DNA of 64,000 nt from Heterodontus francisci. Its lineage: Eukaryota. A program made the translations under genes and the position numbers. The DNA lies in contig NC_090411.1 in NCBI RefSeq assembly GCF_036365525.1, positions 22,707,259-22,771,258 of the forward strand, read 5' to 3'. The notes below the pieces were generated by a model. That model did no database searches and was not told where the DNA came from. It saw nothing but the letters and a program-made list of their open reading frames with translations. Positions 1-12,649 of this stretch are shown one piece after another. How positions within the stretch are numbered: the stretch's first letter is position 1; every line of letters starts with the position of its first letter.

Positions 1-329
1 TCTTAGGCTTCCATTAAGAAATTTTGACCAGAAAAAAAAGTATTTGGCACAGAAGAGGAAATAAGCTTTGTAGAGGCAGCTTTAGCGATGGCAAAAAATG
101 TACGAGCTTCATTTGCGGTCAGGTGAGAGAGTTAGGCCAAGAATGTTGCAAGATGAATGAAAGGACTGAAAGTGGATCCATCAAAGCAAGAGAGGGAAGC
201 TGCTGGTGAGACTTAAGAGAGACATGAAAAAAGTCATTGGGAACATGAAAGATGAATCAGTTTCTTGGAGGCAACTTTTCACATGGGGAGGAGATGTAGA
301 GGTTCATTTGGAATTAGAGCAGATGCAAA

Positions 330-950
330 GGCCAAGAGTGAGTACAGGAGCAAGGATGTCTTACTGCAGTTATACAGGGCCTTGGTGAGACCACATCTGG
401 AGTATTGTGTGCGGTTTTGGTCTCCTTATCTGAGGAAGGATGTTCCTGCCATGGAGGGAGTGCAAAGAAGATTTACGAGGCTGATTTCTGGGATGGCAGG
501 ATTGACGTATGAGGAGAGATTGGGTCGACTGGGCCTATATTCACTAGAGTTTAGAAGAATGAGAGGGGATCTCATAGAAACCTACAAAATTCTTACAGGA
601 CTAGACAGGCTAAATGCAGGGAGGATGTTCCTGATGACTGGGGAGTCCAGAACCAGGGGTCACAGTCTCAGGATACGGGGTATGCCATTTAGAACTGAGA
701 TGAGGAAAATTTCTTCACTCAGAGGGTGGTGATCCTGCAGAATTCTCTACCGCAGAAGGCAGTGGAGACCAAGTCATTAACTACATTCAAGAAGGAGATA
801 GATATATTTCTTAATGCCAAAGGGATCAAGAGATATGGGGAGAAAGCGGAAACAGGGTACTGAATTAGACGATCAGCCATGATCTTTTTTGAATGGCGGA
901 GCAGGCCCGAAGGGCCTACTCCTGCTCCTATTTTCTATGTTTCTATGTTT
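330..950 (+). mobile_element. CR1 LINE 3' fragment (RT C-terminus, 3' UTR, TTCTATGT tail)
   Basis: ORF 265..732 reads LYRALVRPHLEYCVRFWSPY...LEFRRMRGDLIETYKI, the CR1 ORF2 C-terminus; ends in (ttctatgt)2. Confidence 0.92.
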
Positions 951-1129
951 AATAAAAGAGGGGAAAAATAAAGGTGGAGTCATCAGAGGTTAGAAACACT
1001 GGCGAAATATCCACAAAGAATATGGATTACTGGTAAGACTGCATTGGCCGGAGGTTACTGAGGAGCCTTCACTGCAGATTGCTAAGGGTGCCTAAAGGCA
1101 AGAGCTCTTCAATTTTAAAAACAGCAATG

Positions 1130-1300
1130 CAAGCTGCCAGATTGCCATAAAAACTCAACTGGTTCATGGAGGCAATCTGTTCTGTCTGGTTTACTTAAGA
1201 CTCCAATCCCACATCAAATGGTTGGTACCCTCAGGGCAAGTAGGGATGGGTGATTTATGCCAACCTTGTCAACATTGCCCACGTCCCAAGAACATTTTAA
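1130..1300 (+). mobile_element. Degenerate fragment of SINE family C (3' tail shared with the LINE at 56996/59945)
   Basis: Similar to 12310-12600 and 45283-45600 (ctggttca...tagggatggg...gccaaccttg...gcccacgtccc). Confidence 0.55.
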
Positions 1301-1927
1301 AAAATGTCATTTTCAATGTCTTAAGGATGCTAAGGTGCCTAACAACAGGGTCATAGCTGCATTGGTAAGGGCTCAGTGGTTGGCTAGTCATTGCTAAAGG
1401 TACTTGGAGGCACAGCATCTCACGTCAGTTGGTACAGTTCCTGGCTGCAAATTGCCGTGACTGGAGTATCAGTTGTGCTGATACAGCTGTTCATTACATG
1501 ACCATATCATGATATACAAAGTGATTTGTGATTGCAGTGAGTTCCCGGATGGATCTCGGCCAGGTTGTACTGTTTCAGCTGGTTATATCTGACGCTAAAT
1601 CATATCCTTCCATCTTCCATTAACTTCTAATCAATTACAGTTCCACAATACATCACAGTCTGCTGCATCCTGGCCATGAACCAGTCAAGGCTGCCAACCT
1701 GCCAAACTTCCCAGTTCATTATTCTCCATAATTTCTGTGCCAGTGCCAGTAATAAGCATGAAAGAAAAAAAACGCACTTATATCTTGTATCTAATTGAAA
1801 GAGCTATCCAATTAATTCCACTCCCCCTGCTCATTCTCCATAACCATACAAATTTTTCCTTTTCAATTACATAGCCAATTCCCTTTTGAAAGTTACTATT
1901 AAGTTTATTACCTCTTTGGCATGTTAG

Positions 1928-1938
1928 CTGTGGCCCAA

Positions 1939-1970
<32 letters not shown>

Positions 1971-2345
1971 TATAAGTTCAAGTTATACTCTAGGGGTTAA
2001 GCACAAAAATCAAAGCTCACACTCCCAGTGCAGTACTGAGGGAATGCTGCACTGTCAGAGGTGCTGTCTGTTGGATGAAATGTTAAACCAAAGCCTCATT
2101 TGCTCTCTCAGGTGGGCATAAAAGATCCCATGGTGCTATTTTGAAGAAGAGCAGGGGAGTTAACCCTCAAACAACATCACAAAAACAGATTACCTGGTCA
2201 TGTTACATTGCGGTTTGTGGGAGCTTGCTGTGGGAAAATTGGCTGCCGCATTTCCTGCATTGCAACACATCAAAAATACTTCATTGGCTGTAAAACACTT
2301 TGGGATGTTCAGTGGTTGTGAAAGGGGCTATATAAATGCAAGTTT
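1928..2345 (+). mobile_element. DeuSINE (SacSINE1-like), near full length
   Basis: tRNA-like head; Deu domain gcagtactgagggaatgctgcactgtcagaggtgctgtc...aaaagatcccatgg; L2-type tail ggctatataaatgcaagt. Confidence 0.85.
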
Positions 2346-2349
2346 CTTT

Positions 2350-2665
2350 TTCTTCCAGCACCCCTTCAGGCAATGCATTCCAGATCACAATATCTCACTA
2401 GGCAAAAAAATTTCTAATCGCCTCACCCCAGATTTCTTTTGCCAATTATCTTAAATCTGTGATCTTTGGTTACCAACCCTCCTGCCAGTGGAAATAATTT
2501 CTCCTTACTTACTTTGTTAAAATCTCTCAATCTTGAACACCTCTAATAAATCTCCCCTTAACCTTCTCTGCTCGAAGGGGAACAACTCCAGTTTCTCTAG
2601 TCCCACCACATAACTGAAGTCCCTCATTCCTGGTACCATTCTAGCAAATCTCTGCACTCTCTTCT
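2350..2665 (-). mobile_element. CR1 LINE fragment
   Basis: ORF 2517..2714 (-): RVQRFARMVPGMRDFSY...LEKLELF..EQRRLRGDLLEVFKI. Confidence 0.85.
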
Positions 2666-2745
2666 TGTCATGGCTTTGTCTTGGAAGCCGTTTCAAAGGT
2701 GCGGGAATGTGCAAAGTTCAAAGATGTCCCCTGTCAGAAATCATA

Positions 2746-3547
2746 GGGCTGGATTTTGTGCTGGAGCCGGAGCTCCCGGTGTGGGCCAAAAAGGTAAGGA
2801 AAACTTCAGCCTTTCCACGTCTCCCGCCACCTAGCCACGCCCCACCCTCCGGAGCAATCGTCCAGTCTTCAAACATCTAAATTTCACGAGCCGGGATCCC
2901 CATCCCTTTAAAGACGGGGATTCCAGCTCCAAGAGCTGCCAGTCAATCAAAGGGCCAGCAGCTCAGCAGTAATGCAGCGCCACTGGGAGTGGTGACCTCT
3001 GCCGGTACTGCAAACACCTCGAACCCAGGCCCTGCTCTGGGACCTCTGACCAGAGGTCGGTGAGGCAGGGTCGCCGGGGCCAGTCCAGAAGGCCCCAAGG
3101 AGGTGGTGGGGGGGGAGCGGGGGTTGATCATGCAGTCCAGGGGATCCTGGGAGATAAAGTGGTTCCTGGTGGGGGTCCTCCATGGGGCACAAATTGCCCA
3201 TGAAAGAGGGACCTCCCCCCACCCCCAAGCTCACAGGAAGGGCGCCTCGTTTTACAAGGTGCTCTTCCCACGTGGCAGAGGCACCCCCTGCCGCTGGTAA
3301 GATCCCAGCAGAGGCGTGAAAGGGCCCTTAATTGGCCATCAATAGGCCACTCATAAGGGCCTCAATTAGCCTCTGGGTGAGAAGGTTGTCGGCCTATTCC
3401 ATCCCCAGGAAGATTGCTTGGTGACAGGGAGGCAATAGGGAGGTGACAGGCCCTCCGCACCACCCCCCACCCCCTCCACGTCATGATACTCCGTGCCCTC
3501 ATGCCCACCTCTGCCCCCAACTCAGGGGGCCACACAAAATCCCGGCC
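2746..3547. mobile_element. GC-rich MITE, PIF/Harbinger-like
   Basis: TIRs GGGCTGGATTTTGTG / CACAAAATCCCGGCC (13/15 match); ATA duplicated on both sides; homologous to 26526 and 42043 copies. Confidence 0.8.
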
Positions 3548-3845
3548 ATAGTCTCTGAAAGTTTTTGGGCATATTCAGGTATGAGTGTCTGGCACTGTGC
3601 ACATAACAGGGGGTACAGACTGAGCTTCTGAAGTGGAAATGGTCTGGTCTGCCAATTGTTCCTCTTGTCCTCCTGTTCCTCTAAAAGTTACAAATGCAGA
3701 GGAGTGGCCAGACAGATGTCCCTATAGCTAGCACATGACGAAGTATCCCTGGACGATCAGTCAGATACAGCATGACTGATATGGTGCTAAGGCGGGTAAA
3801 TAGAGTTGAGGTACAGATCAGCTGAGATCTAATTGAATGGCGAAA

Positions 3846-3970
3846 CAGGCTCAAGTGGCTGAATGGCCTACACCTTTTCCTATGTAACAGGCTCGATGGG
3901 CTGAATGGCCTACACCTTTTCCTATGTAACAGGCTCGAAGGGCTGAATGGCCTGCTCCTGTTCCCATGTG
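3846..3970 (+). repeat. Triplicated ~41-bp CR1 3'-tail unit
   Basis: acaggctc.a..ggctgaatggcctacaccttttcctatgta occurs three times in tandem at the end of a CR1 3' UTR. Confidence 0.85.
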
Positions 3971-4344
3971 CATACGTTCTCGAGCTTTAAAATGCCAGTG
4001 ACATAATTACAATCTTCAAGACTGCTTTTTGGAGTCAGAAGAGTTGGCGGATGAAGGCAGTCTGGTGAGTGTTTAATTTATCTCACTCTCAATCAGTTTT
4101 GATGATACCTCATTAAAGCTCTATCCTTTAGAATACATTAAGGTTTTAGTCTATCTTATTGAAAAATGTGATAAAAACAAATTAAACGCACAACAACCTA
4201 AAGTTTGTATTGATGGGAAATGTTACATTGCACAAAATTCATTTGAAGGACATTAATCATGACACAAAAAAATAGATTAACTGAACAGTCATCATCCAAG
4301 GAATAGCAAGATAAATATCATTGATTTTGGCCTTTTGTCTTTGT

Positions 4345-5630
4345 ACATAGAATGTACAGAATAGAAACTGGCCATTTGGCTCCAATTGTCTATGCTGGTG
4401 TTTATGCTCCACACAGGTCTCCTCCCACCCTACGTCTTCTAATACTATCTGCATATCCTTCTATTCCTTTCTCCCTCATGTACTTAACTAGCTTCCCCTT
4501 ATATTATTCGTCTCAACTACTTCATGCAATATTAATTTCCACATTCGTAACACTATCTGGGTAAAGATGTTCCTCCAAAATTTCCTGTTGGATTTCTTAG
4601 TGACCATCTTATATTTATAGCTTCTAGTTTTGGATTCCCCACAAATCATAGATTCATAGAATGGTTGCAGCACAGAAGGAGGCCATTCAGTCAATCATGT
4701 TCATGCTAGCCCTCTGTAAGAGCTACTCAGCTAATCCCACTCTTCAGCCTTTTCCCCTTAGCCCTGCAAATTTTTTCCCCTTTAGATAATTATCCAATTC
4801 CCTTTTGAAAGCCACCATTGAATCCGCCTCCACCACACTGTTGTGCAGTGCATTCCAGATCCTAACCACTCGCTGTGTAAAAAAGTTTTTTCCATGCCGC
4901 TTGTGGTTCTTTCCCAGTCACTTTAAATCAGTGTCCTCTGGGTCTCGACCTTTCAGCCAACTGAAACAGTTTCTCCCTATCTACTCTGTCCAGACCCCTC
5001 TTGATTGTGAATGTCACTATCAAAGCGCTGTTTAATCTTCTCTTCTCCAAGGAGAACAGCCCCAGCTTCATCAACCTATCCTCATAACTGAAGTCCCTCA
5101 TCCACAGAACCATTCTCATGAATCTTTTCTTCACCCCCTCTAATGCCTTCACATCCTTCCTAAAATGTGGTGTCCAGAATTGGTCACAATACTCCAGTTG
5201 AGGCCAAACCAGTGTTTCATGAAGGTTCACCATAACTTCCCTATTTATGCCTCGATTTATAAAGCCCAGGATCCCGTATGCCTTATTAAACGCTTCCTTA
5301 GACTGCTGTGCTACCTTCAACAATTTATGCACATATACCCTCAGGTCCCTCGGCTACTGCACTCCCTTTAGAATTGTACCCTTTAGTTTGGATTGCCTCT
5401 ACGTTCTTCCTGCCAAAAATATATCACTTCACACTTCTCTGCATTAAATTTCATCTGCCACATGTTCACCCATTCCACCAGCCTGTCCATGTATTCTTGA
5501 CGTTTATTACTATCCTCCTCACAGTTTACAATACTTCCAAGTTTTGTTTCATTTGCAAATTTTGAAATTATGCCCTGCACACCCAAGTCTAGTTCATCAA
5601 TATAGATCAAGAAAAGCAGTGATCCTAATA
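4345..5630 (-). mobile_element. Two adjacent CR1 3' fragments; the second (4648-5630) resumes at 8061
   Basis: ORFs 4488..4694, 4928..5332, 5383..5649 (-) with CR1 RT motifs (LGSLLFLIYIDELD, SKFANETKLG, QMKFNAEKCEVI). Confidence 0.9.
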
Positions 5631-8060
5631 CGTACATACGAACATACAAACATACAAATTAGGAGGAGGCGTAGGCCACTCGGCCCCTCGAGCCTGCCCC
5701 GCCATTCAAAAAGATCTTGGCTAATCTGATTGTAACCTCGACTCCACATTCCCGCCTACCCCCGATAACCTTTCACCCCCTTGCTTATCAAGTATCTATC
5801 TACCTCTGCCGTAAAAATATTTAAAGACTGCTTCCACCACCTTTTGAGGAAGAGAGTTCCAAAGACTCACCACCCTCAGAGAAAAAATTTCTCCTCATCT
5901 CTGTCTTAAATGGGCAACCCCTTATTTTTAAACAGTGACCCTTGGTTCTAGGTTCTCCACAAGGGGAAACATCCTTTCCACATCCACCCTGTCAAGACCC
6001 CTCAGGATCTTATATGTTTCAATCAAGTCGCCTCTTACTCTTCTAAACTCCAGTGGATACAAGCCGAGCCTGTTCAATCTTTCCTCATAAGACAACCCAC
6101 CCATTCCAGGTATTAGTCTAGTAAACCTTCTTTGACCTGCTTCCAACACATTTACATCCTTCCTTAAATAAGCAAACTAATACTGTACACAGTACTCCAG
6201 ATGTGGTCTCACCAATGCTCTGTATAACTGAAGCATAACCTCCCTACTTTTGTATTCAATTCCCCTCACAATAAATGATAACATTCTATCAGCTTTCCTA
6301 ATTAATTGCTGTACCTGCATGCTAACCTTTTGCAATTCATGTACTAGGACACCCTGATCCCTCAGCATCTCAGAGCTCTGCAATCACTCACCATTTAGAT
6401 AATATGCTTCTTTTTTATTCTTCCTGCCAAAGTGGACAATTTCACATTTTCCCACATTATACTCCATTTTCCAGATCTTTGCCCACTCACTTAACCTATA
6501 TATATCCCTTTGTAGCCTCCTTATGTCTTCTTCACAACTTACTTTCCTACCTATCTTTATGTCATCAGCAAATTTAGCAACCATCCCTTCATCCAAGTCA
6601 TTTATATAAATTGTAAAAAATTGACACCCCAGCACTGATCCCAGCGGCACACCACTCGTTACATCTTGCCAACCAGAAAATGACTCATTTATGCCTACTT
6701 TCTGTTTCCTGTTAGCTAGCCAATCTTCTATCCATGGCAATATGTTATCCCCTACACCATGAGCTTTTATTTTCAGCAATAGCCTCTGATGTGGCACCTT
6801 ATCAAATGCCTTCTGGAAATCTAAGTACAGTACATCCACTGGTTCCCCTTTATCCACAGCACATGTAACTCCCTCAAAGAACTCCACTAAATTGGTTAAA
6901 CATGATTTCCCTTTCACAAAACCATGTTGACTCTGCCTGATTACCTTGAATTTTTCTAAATGCCCTGCTATAACATCTTTAATAATAGCTTCTAACATTT
7001 TCCCTATGGCAGATGTTAAGCTAACTGGCCTGTAGTTTCTTGCTTTCTGCCTCCCTCCCTTTTTGAATAAAGGAGTTACATTCACTATTTTCCAATCTAA
7101 TGGAACCTTCCCCAGATCTAGGGAATTTTGGAATTTTTAGAAAATTAAAACCAATGTATCAAGTATCTCACTAGCCACTTCTTTTAGGGCCCTAGGATGA
7201 AGTCCATCAGGACCTGAGAACTTGTTAGCCTGCAGCTCCAACAACTTGCTCAGTCCCACTTCCCTGGTGATTGTAATTTTCTTGAGTTCCTCCCTCCCTT
7301 CCATTACCTGATTTGCAGCTATTTCTGGGATGTTACTTGTATCCTCTACAAGTGAAGACCGATGTAAAATATCTGTTCAATTCATCTCCATCTCCTTATT
7401 TTCCCTTATTAATTCCCCAGGCTCACTTTCAATAGGACTAATGCTCACTTTGTTAATTCTTTTCTTTTTAAAATATCTTTAGAAACTCTAGTTATCTGCT
7501 TTTATAAATTTCTAGCTAGCTTTCCCTCGGTACTCTAATTGTTCCATCCTTATCAACCTTTTAGTCATTCTTTGCTTTTTTAAAAATATTCTGTCCAATC
7601 TTCTGACCTGCCACCCATCTTTGCGCAACTATATGCTTTTTCTTTCAGTTTGATACTGTCTTTAACTTTTTTAGCTAACCACGGATGGTGGGTCCTCCCT
7701 TTGCAATTTTTCTTTCTCGTAGAAATGTATCTATTCTGTGCATTCTGAAATATCCCCTTAAATGTCTGCCACTGCATCTCAATTGACCTAGTCCTTAACC
7801 TACTTTGCCAGTTCACTTTAGCTAGCTTTGCTTTCATGCCCTCATAATTGACCTTGTTGAAGTTTAAAATACTAGTCTTGGACCCATTCTTCTCTCTCTC
7901 AAACTGAATGTAAAATTCAGTCATATTATGAACGCTGCTACCTAGGGGCACCTTCACTATGTGGTCATCAATTAATCCTATCTTGTTGCACAATACCAGG
8001 TCTAGTATAGCCTGCTGTCTGGTTGGCTTCAGAACGTGCTGTTCTAAGAAACTATTCCAG
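5631..8060 (-). mobile_element. 5'-truncated CR1 LINE (~2.4 kb) nested in another CR1
   Basis: ORF 6384..7085: NYRPVSLTS, QHGFVKGKSCLTNL, YLDFQKAFDKVPH, GVPLGSVLG, KFADDIK; microsatellite tail at 5631; host sequence resumes at ~8061. Confidence 0.92.
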
Positions 8061-9345
8061 ACTCCAGGGGAACTCCACAATATACCTTCCTCCTGTCTGA
8101 AAAACAACCATCCACCCACTACTCTCTATCACTCAGCCAACTACATCCATGCTGTCATTGTCCTTTTATTCCATGGGCTTCCGTTTTGCTGACAAGCCTG
8201 TTATGTGGCACTTTATCAAATGCCTTTTGAAGTCCATGTACACCGCATTGGGGCAGCACAGTGGTTAGCACCGCAGCCTCACAGCTCCAGCGACTCGCAT
8301 TCGGTTCTGGGTACTACCTGTGCGGAGGTTGCAAGTTCTCCCTGTGACTGCGTGGGTTTCCGCCGGGTGCTCCGGTTTCCTCCCACAGCCAATGACTTGC
8401 AGGTTGATAGGTAAATTGGCCATTGTAAATTGCCCCTAGTGTAGGTAGGTGGTAGGAGAATTGTGGGGATGTGGTAGGGAATATGGAATTAATGTTGGAT
8501 TAGTATAAATGGGTGGTTAATGGTTGGCACAGACTCGGTGGGCCGAAGGGACTGTTTCAGTGCTGTATCTCTCTATGTCAGCAACCTCATTACGCTCTGT
8601 TACTGCATCGAAAAACTCAAACAAATTAGTTAAACACTATTTGCCTTTAACAAATCCATGCTGGTTTTCCTTAATTAATCCAGATTTCTCCAAGTGACTG
8701 TTAATTTCATCCCAAATAATTTTTTGTAAAAGATTTCCCACCACTGAGGTTAAGCTGAGTGGCCTGTAAATGTTGGGTTTATCCTTACATTCATTTTTGA
8801 ACAGGGATGTAACATTTGCAATTCTCCAGTCCTCTGACAACACCTCTGTGTCAGATAGAAACATCTTCTCTATGTCTACCCTGTCAAACCTCTTCATAAT
8901 TTTGAAGACCTCTATAAGATCACTGCTCAGTCTTCTCTTTTCTAGAGTAAAGAACCCCAGTCTGTTCAATCTTTCCTGATAGTTATAACCTTTTAGTTCT
9001 GGTATTATTCCAGTAAATCTTTTTTTCACCTTCTGCAGTGCTTCCATATCCTTTTATAATATGGAGACCAGAACTGTTTACAGTACTGCAAGTGTGGTCT
9101 TACCAAGCTTCTCGACAAGTTTAGCATAAAGTCTCTGCTTTCCAATTCTAGCCTTCCAGAAATGAACCCTAGTGCTTTGTTTTTCTCAAGTGATCCTACT
9201 AACCTGTGTCACTAGTTTCAGTGAGTTCTGTATTTGTAACCTCGGATCCCTCTTCTCCTCTAGCCCATATAAATCTTATTTTTCCGGGGAATATGTGGCG
9301 TCCTTATTCTTGCAAAATGCACCACCTCACACTTATCTATATTGG
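8061..9345 (-). mobile_element. Continuation of host CR1 plus a further CR1 fragment
   Basis: ORF 8637..9047 joins a CR1 C-terminal piece to YRPLSLTSVVG...QHGFVKGK. Confidence 0.85.
8250..8577 (+). mobile_element. V-SINE (HE1-like) inserted in CR1
   Basis: tRNA-like head, V-domain gcgtgggtttccgccgggtgctccggtttcctcccacagcc, CR1-type tail gggccgaaggg.ctgtttcagtgctgtatctct. Confidence 0.88.
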
Positions 9346-10441
9346 ATGTATTCTGTACGTATAATGCAGTAAGATTTGACACACATAAACCAGGATTAAA
9401 TGTACATTTCATAAAACAGCAAGAGTTAAATGGTGAAGGTTTGATTATTACAGGGGCACATTGCACTGGTGCAACAGTACCATGGAACCTCAAGACAGGA
9501 ATCCACATCCAGCAGCCCTACACAATTGGTCACAGATTCAGTCTTGTGGCTATGAAGTAATATAGTAATGGCTGGCTGCTTCCATAGAGAGGAGAAACAT
9601 AAATCAGGAGAAGGCATAATCAGGGCATTCTTGTCTTTAATCTGACATGAGAGTGTCAGAAAGTACATTTGCTGCCCACCATCTTGGACACAACTACTGA
9701 ACTTTGCCCAGGGAGACTCAGGGAAACTGGAGAAAATGCATTTCAAAAGAAGAGAATGTACCCCATGCTAAAAAAGCAAACAAACAATGAGGGTGATCTT
9801 TCTTCCTTGTGATCACGTAATGTGACAACAGAGGAATTATTAAGACACAAAACCAATTCATGCAGTTGGTTAGCACATCTTCACCTCTGGTTGAAATCCA
9901 GTCCTGACAGGTGGACTCATCTCTCTGCTGTAAGGGCCCTCCATGTTTGAGTGGTCCCAACACAAATTCTCAGAAAAAAACCTACCAGAGTAAATTATAC
10001 AAAATAAATACGGCACAGAAGGAGGCCATTTGGCCCATTTTGCTGATGCTGGATCTTTGAAAGAACTATCCAATTAGTCCCACTACTCTGCTCTTTCCCG
10101 ATGGCCCTGGAAATGTTTCCTTTCAATTGTATATCCAATCCCTTTTTGAAAGTTACTATTGAATCTGCTTCCACCACCTTTTCAGCCAGTGCATTCCAGC
10201 AGTAAACTAGGAGGCTGCTGAAGGAAGTGGAAACAATTCACACTGGTCAAGAGAGTGATCTCCTACAGCTGGGAGCTGAGGTAGGGACACAGCGATGATA
10301 AGTAAAGAGAGCTTTTGTCTTTATCTAATCAATGCTATACCTGCTCTTTGTTAAAATTGGATGTTAGTATTATGAACATGTGCCCTTTTGCAGCACTGAA
10401 CAACACATGATAGCATTAACGGGGAAAATGCCAGTTCCTAC

Positions 10442-10849
10442 CTTGTCGGCCATTATCATCGAGGAACCGCCATGTATTCCAAGAATTGGGATCATAGTCT
10501 GAGCTGAAATAAAATCCAAAATTTCTGCGATGGACTCATGATCTGTGTCATCACCAAAAACCACACCGTGCATTTTCATCCCAGACATGAGATCGCACAC
10601 GCGTGTAATGATGCTCTTGGGGTCGGTCTCGTTGACGGTCACCTGCACCACGTTGGGATCAATGGGCAAATGTTGGAAATCATCTTTGTTCAAAACATCT
10701 TTGATGTCCATCTCGCTGGATGTGCCGCCGAGGATCACGGCAATGTTCAGGGTAGGGTTGTTTTTCAAGATTCCTTTCGCCCAATCCGCATGAGACGCGA
10801 GTATTAATAAAATCTTCAGGAGTTGCAAGCCCATGTGCCTCATCTTCAT
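10442..10849 (-). CDS. GRIN2B: NMDA receptor GluN2 subunit (GluN2B-like), first coding exon: signal peptide and start of amino-terminal domain, 136 codons
   Basis: MKMRHMG...[28 protein letters not shown]...[17 protein letters not shown]...[37 protein letters not shown] aligns with vertebrate GluN2B 1-137; acceptor ttgcAG before 10861; donor AAG|GTAGGA at 10441 (phase 0, same position as in mammals). GluN2 family is certain; 2B over 2A is likely. Confidence 0.9.
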
Positions 10850-11029
10850 TGAGTTTAATCCCTGCAAGAGATAATTAGAGCCTTAAACCAAAGTATTCAC
10901 CACATCTTAATCACACAGCAATGCAATATCGTGATCTATGTTGGTAATTCCTCCTACAACCCCCACTGTAAAGTCTAGTGTAAATTCTGCACTTCTACCT
11001 GATTGTTACCACCTTTCCACTAGAATAAT

Positions 11030-11625
11030 AGTCATACATTCATTTACAGCACAGAATGAGGCCATTCGGACCATCGAGTCCATGCCGGCTCTCTCCCCTG
11101 CTCAATCCCCGTAGCCCTGCAAGTCTATTTCCTTCAATTAGCTATCCAATTTCCTTTTGAATTCATTGATTGTCTTCGCTGACACCACCCTTGTGGGCAG
11201 CGAGTTCTGTCATTACCACCCAGTGCGTAAAAAAGTTCTTCCTCATATTCCCCCTGCAGCTCTTGCCCAAAACCTTCAATCTGTGTCCCCTAGTCCTTGT
11301 ACCATTAGTTAATGGGAATAGTTTTTCCTTGTCTAACTTATCTAAGCCTGGCATAATCTTGTATACCCCCTCAATTTCCTTTGTTTTAAGGAGAACAACC
11401 CCAGCTTTTCCAACCTAACCTTGTAACTAAAATCCCCCATCCCTGGAACCATTCTGGTAAATCTCCTCTGCACCCTCTCAAGGGCCCTCACATCTTTCCT
11501 GTAGTGCGGTGACCAGAACTAGACGCAATACTCTAGTTGGGGCTTAACCAGAGCTTTATAAAGGTCCAGCATAACTTCCCTGCTTTTGTACTCAATACTA
11601 TGAAACCCAAGATCACATATGCTTT
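11030..11625 (-). mobile_element. CR1 3' fragment
   Basis: ORF 11163..11354: GLDKLDKEKLFPL...TRGHRLKV...RKNFFT. Confidence 0.88.
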
Positions 11626-11679
11626 ATGTCTACAAAGTACGCATGATTTATATCCTGGCTTCATGCGGAGGCTTTATAC

Positions 11680-12062
11680 ACGTACGAACATATGAATTAG
11701 GAGCAGGAGTAGGCCACTCAGCCCCTCGAGCCTGCTCCGCCATTCAATGAGATCTTGTCTGATCTGATTTTAACCTCGACTCCACAGTCCCGCCTATCCC
11801 AGATAACCTTTCACCCCCTGCTTATCAAGAATCTATCTACCTCTGCCTTAAAAAATTTAAAGACTCTGTTTCCATTGCCTTTTGAGGAAAAGAATTTCAA
11901 AGACTCACGACCCTCTGAGAGAAAATATTTCTCCTCATCTCTGTCTTAAATGGGCGACCCCATATTTTTAAATAGTGAACCCTAGTTCCAGATTCTGCCA
12001 CAAGGGGAAACATCCTTTCTACATCCACCCTGTAAAGACCCCTCAGGATCTTATATGTTTCA
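11680..12062 (-). mobile_element. CR1 3' end, same subfamily as 5631-8060
   Basis: Closely matches 5631-6020 including the cgtacgaacata tail. Confidence 0.88.
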
Positions 12063-12309
12063 GCCTTATTGGCTGAGATTGGCCTTGTGAAGTTATATAT
12101 TTACAGGATGGAAAAATGAATGACCTTGTTGAACTACACACTCAAAAGGGGATTCTGGGTATCAAGAATTTACATTGTGAGGAAGGTGTTGGGAAGCAAT
12201 TTCTTTTCTTTGGAAATCAAGAGGTTATTACATGTTTGGGTCAATTCTATCCCTTTACTCAATGGCCTGTCGACCTTTAGGTCTTATCCCTAAAGGAAAA
12301 CATCTTCAT

Positions 12310-12600
12310 TAATTAATAAAAATCTGGAAATGAAAACTAATCTCAGTGATGGTGTCATGAAACTATCATCAATTGTTGTAAAAGCCCATTTGGTTCACCA
12401 ATATCCTTTAGGGAAGGAAATCTGCTGTCCTTACCTGGTCTGGCTTACTTGTGACTCCAGACCCATAGCAACGTGGTTGACTCTTAACTGTCCTCTGAAA
12501 TGGCCTAGAAAGCCCCTCAGTTGTCAAGGGTAATTAGGGATGGGCAACAAATACTGGCCTTGCCAGTGACACCCATATCCCATGAAAGAATGAAAAAAAA
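12310..12600 (+). mobile_element. SINE family C copy
   Basis: Core aaagcccatttggttcacc...tttagggaaggaaatctgctgtccttacctggtctggc; tail taattagggatgggcaacaaat.ctggccttgccag. Confidence 0.75.
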
Positions 12601-12649
12601 GTCACTTGCCCTGATGGCTAGATATGTTTCCAAGTGTAAGCCTAAGTGC

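Noticed and set aside
8250-8320. tRNA genes at SINE heads
   Set aside because: No complete cloverleaf; each is followed by a SINE body
1-10369. Next GRIN2B coding exon
   Set aside because: No translation resembling the downstream GluN2 ATD was seen; the exon presumably lies beyond position 1
10370-10867. 165-aa ORF as a complete gene
   Set aside because: Starts at a TTG inside the splice acceptor and reads through the GT donor; only 10442-10849 is coding exon
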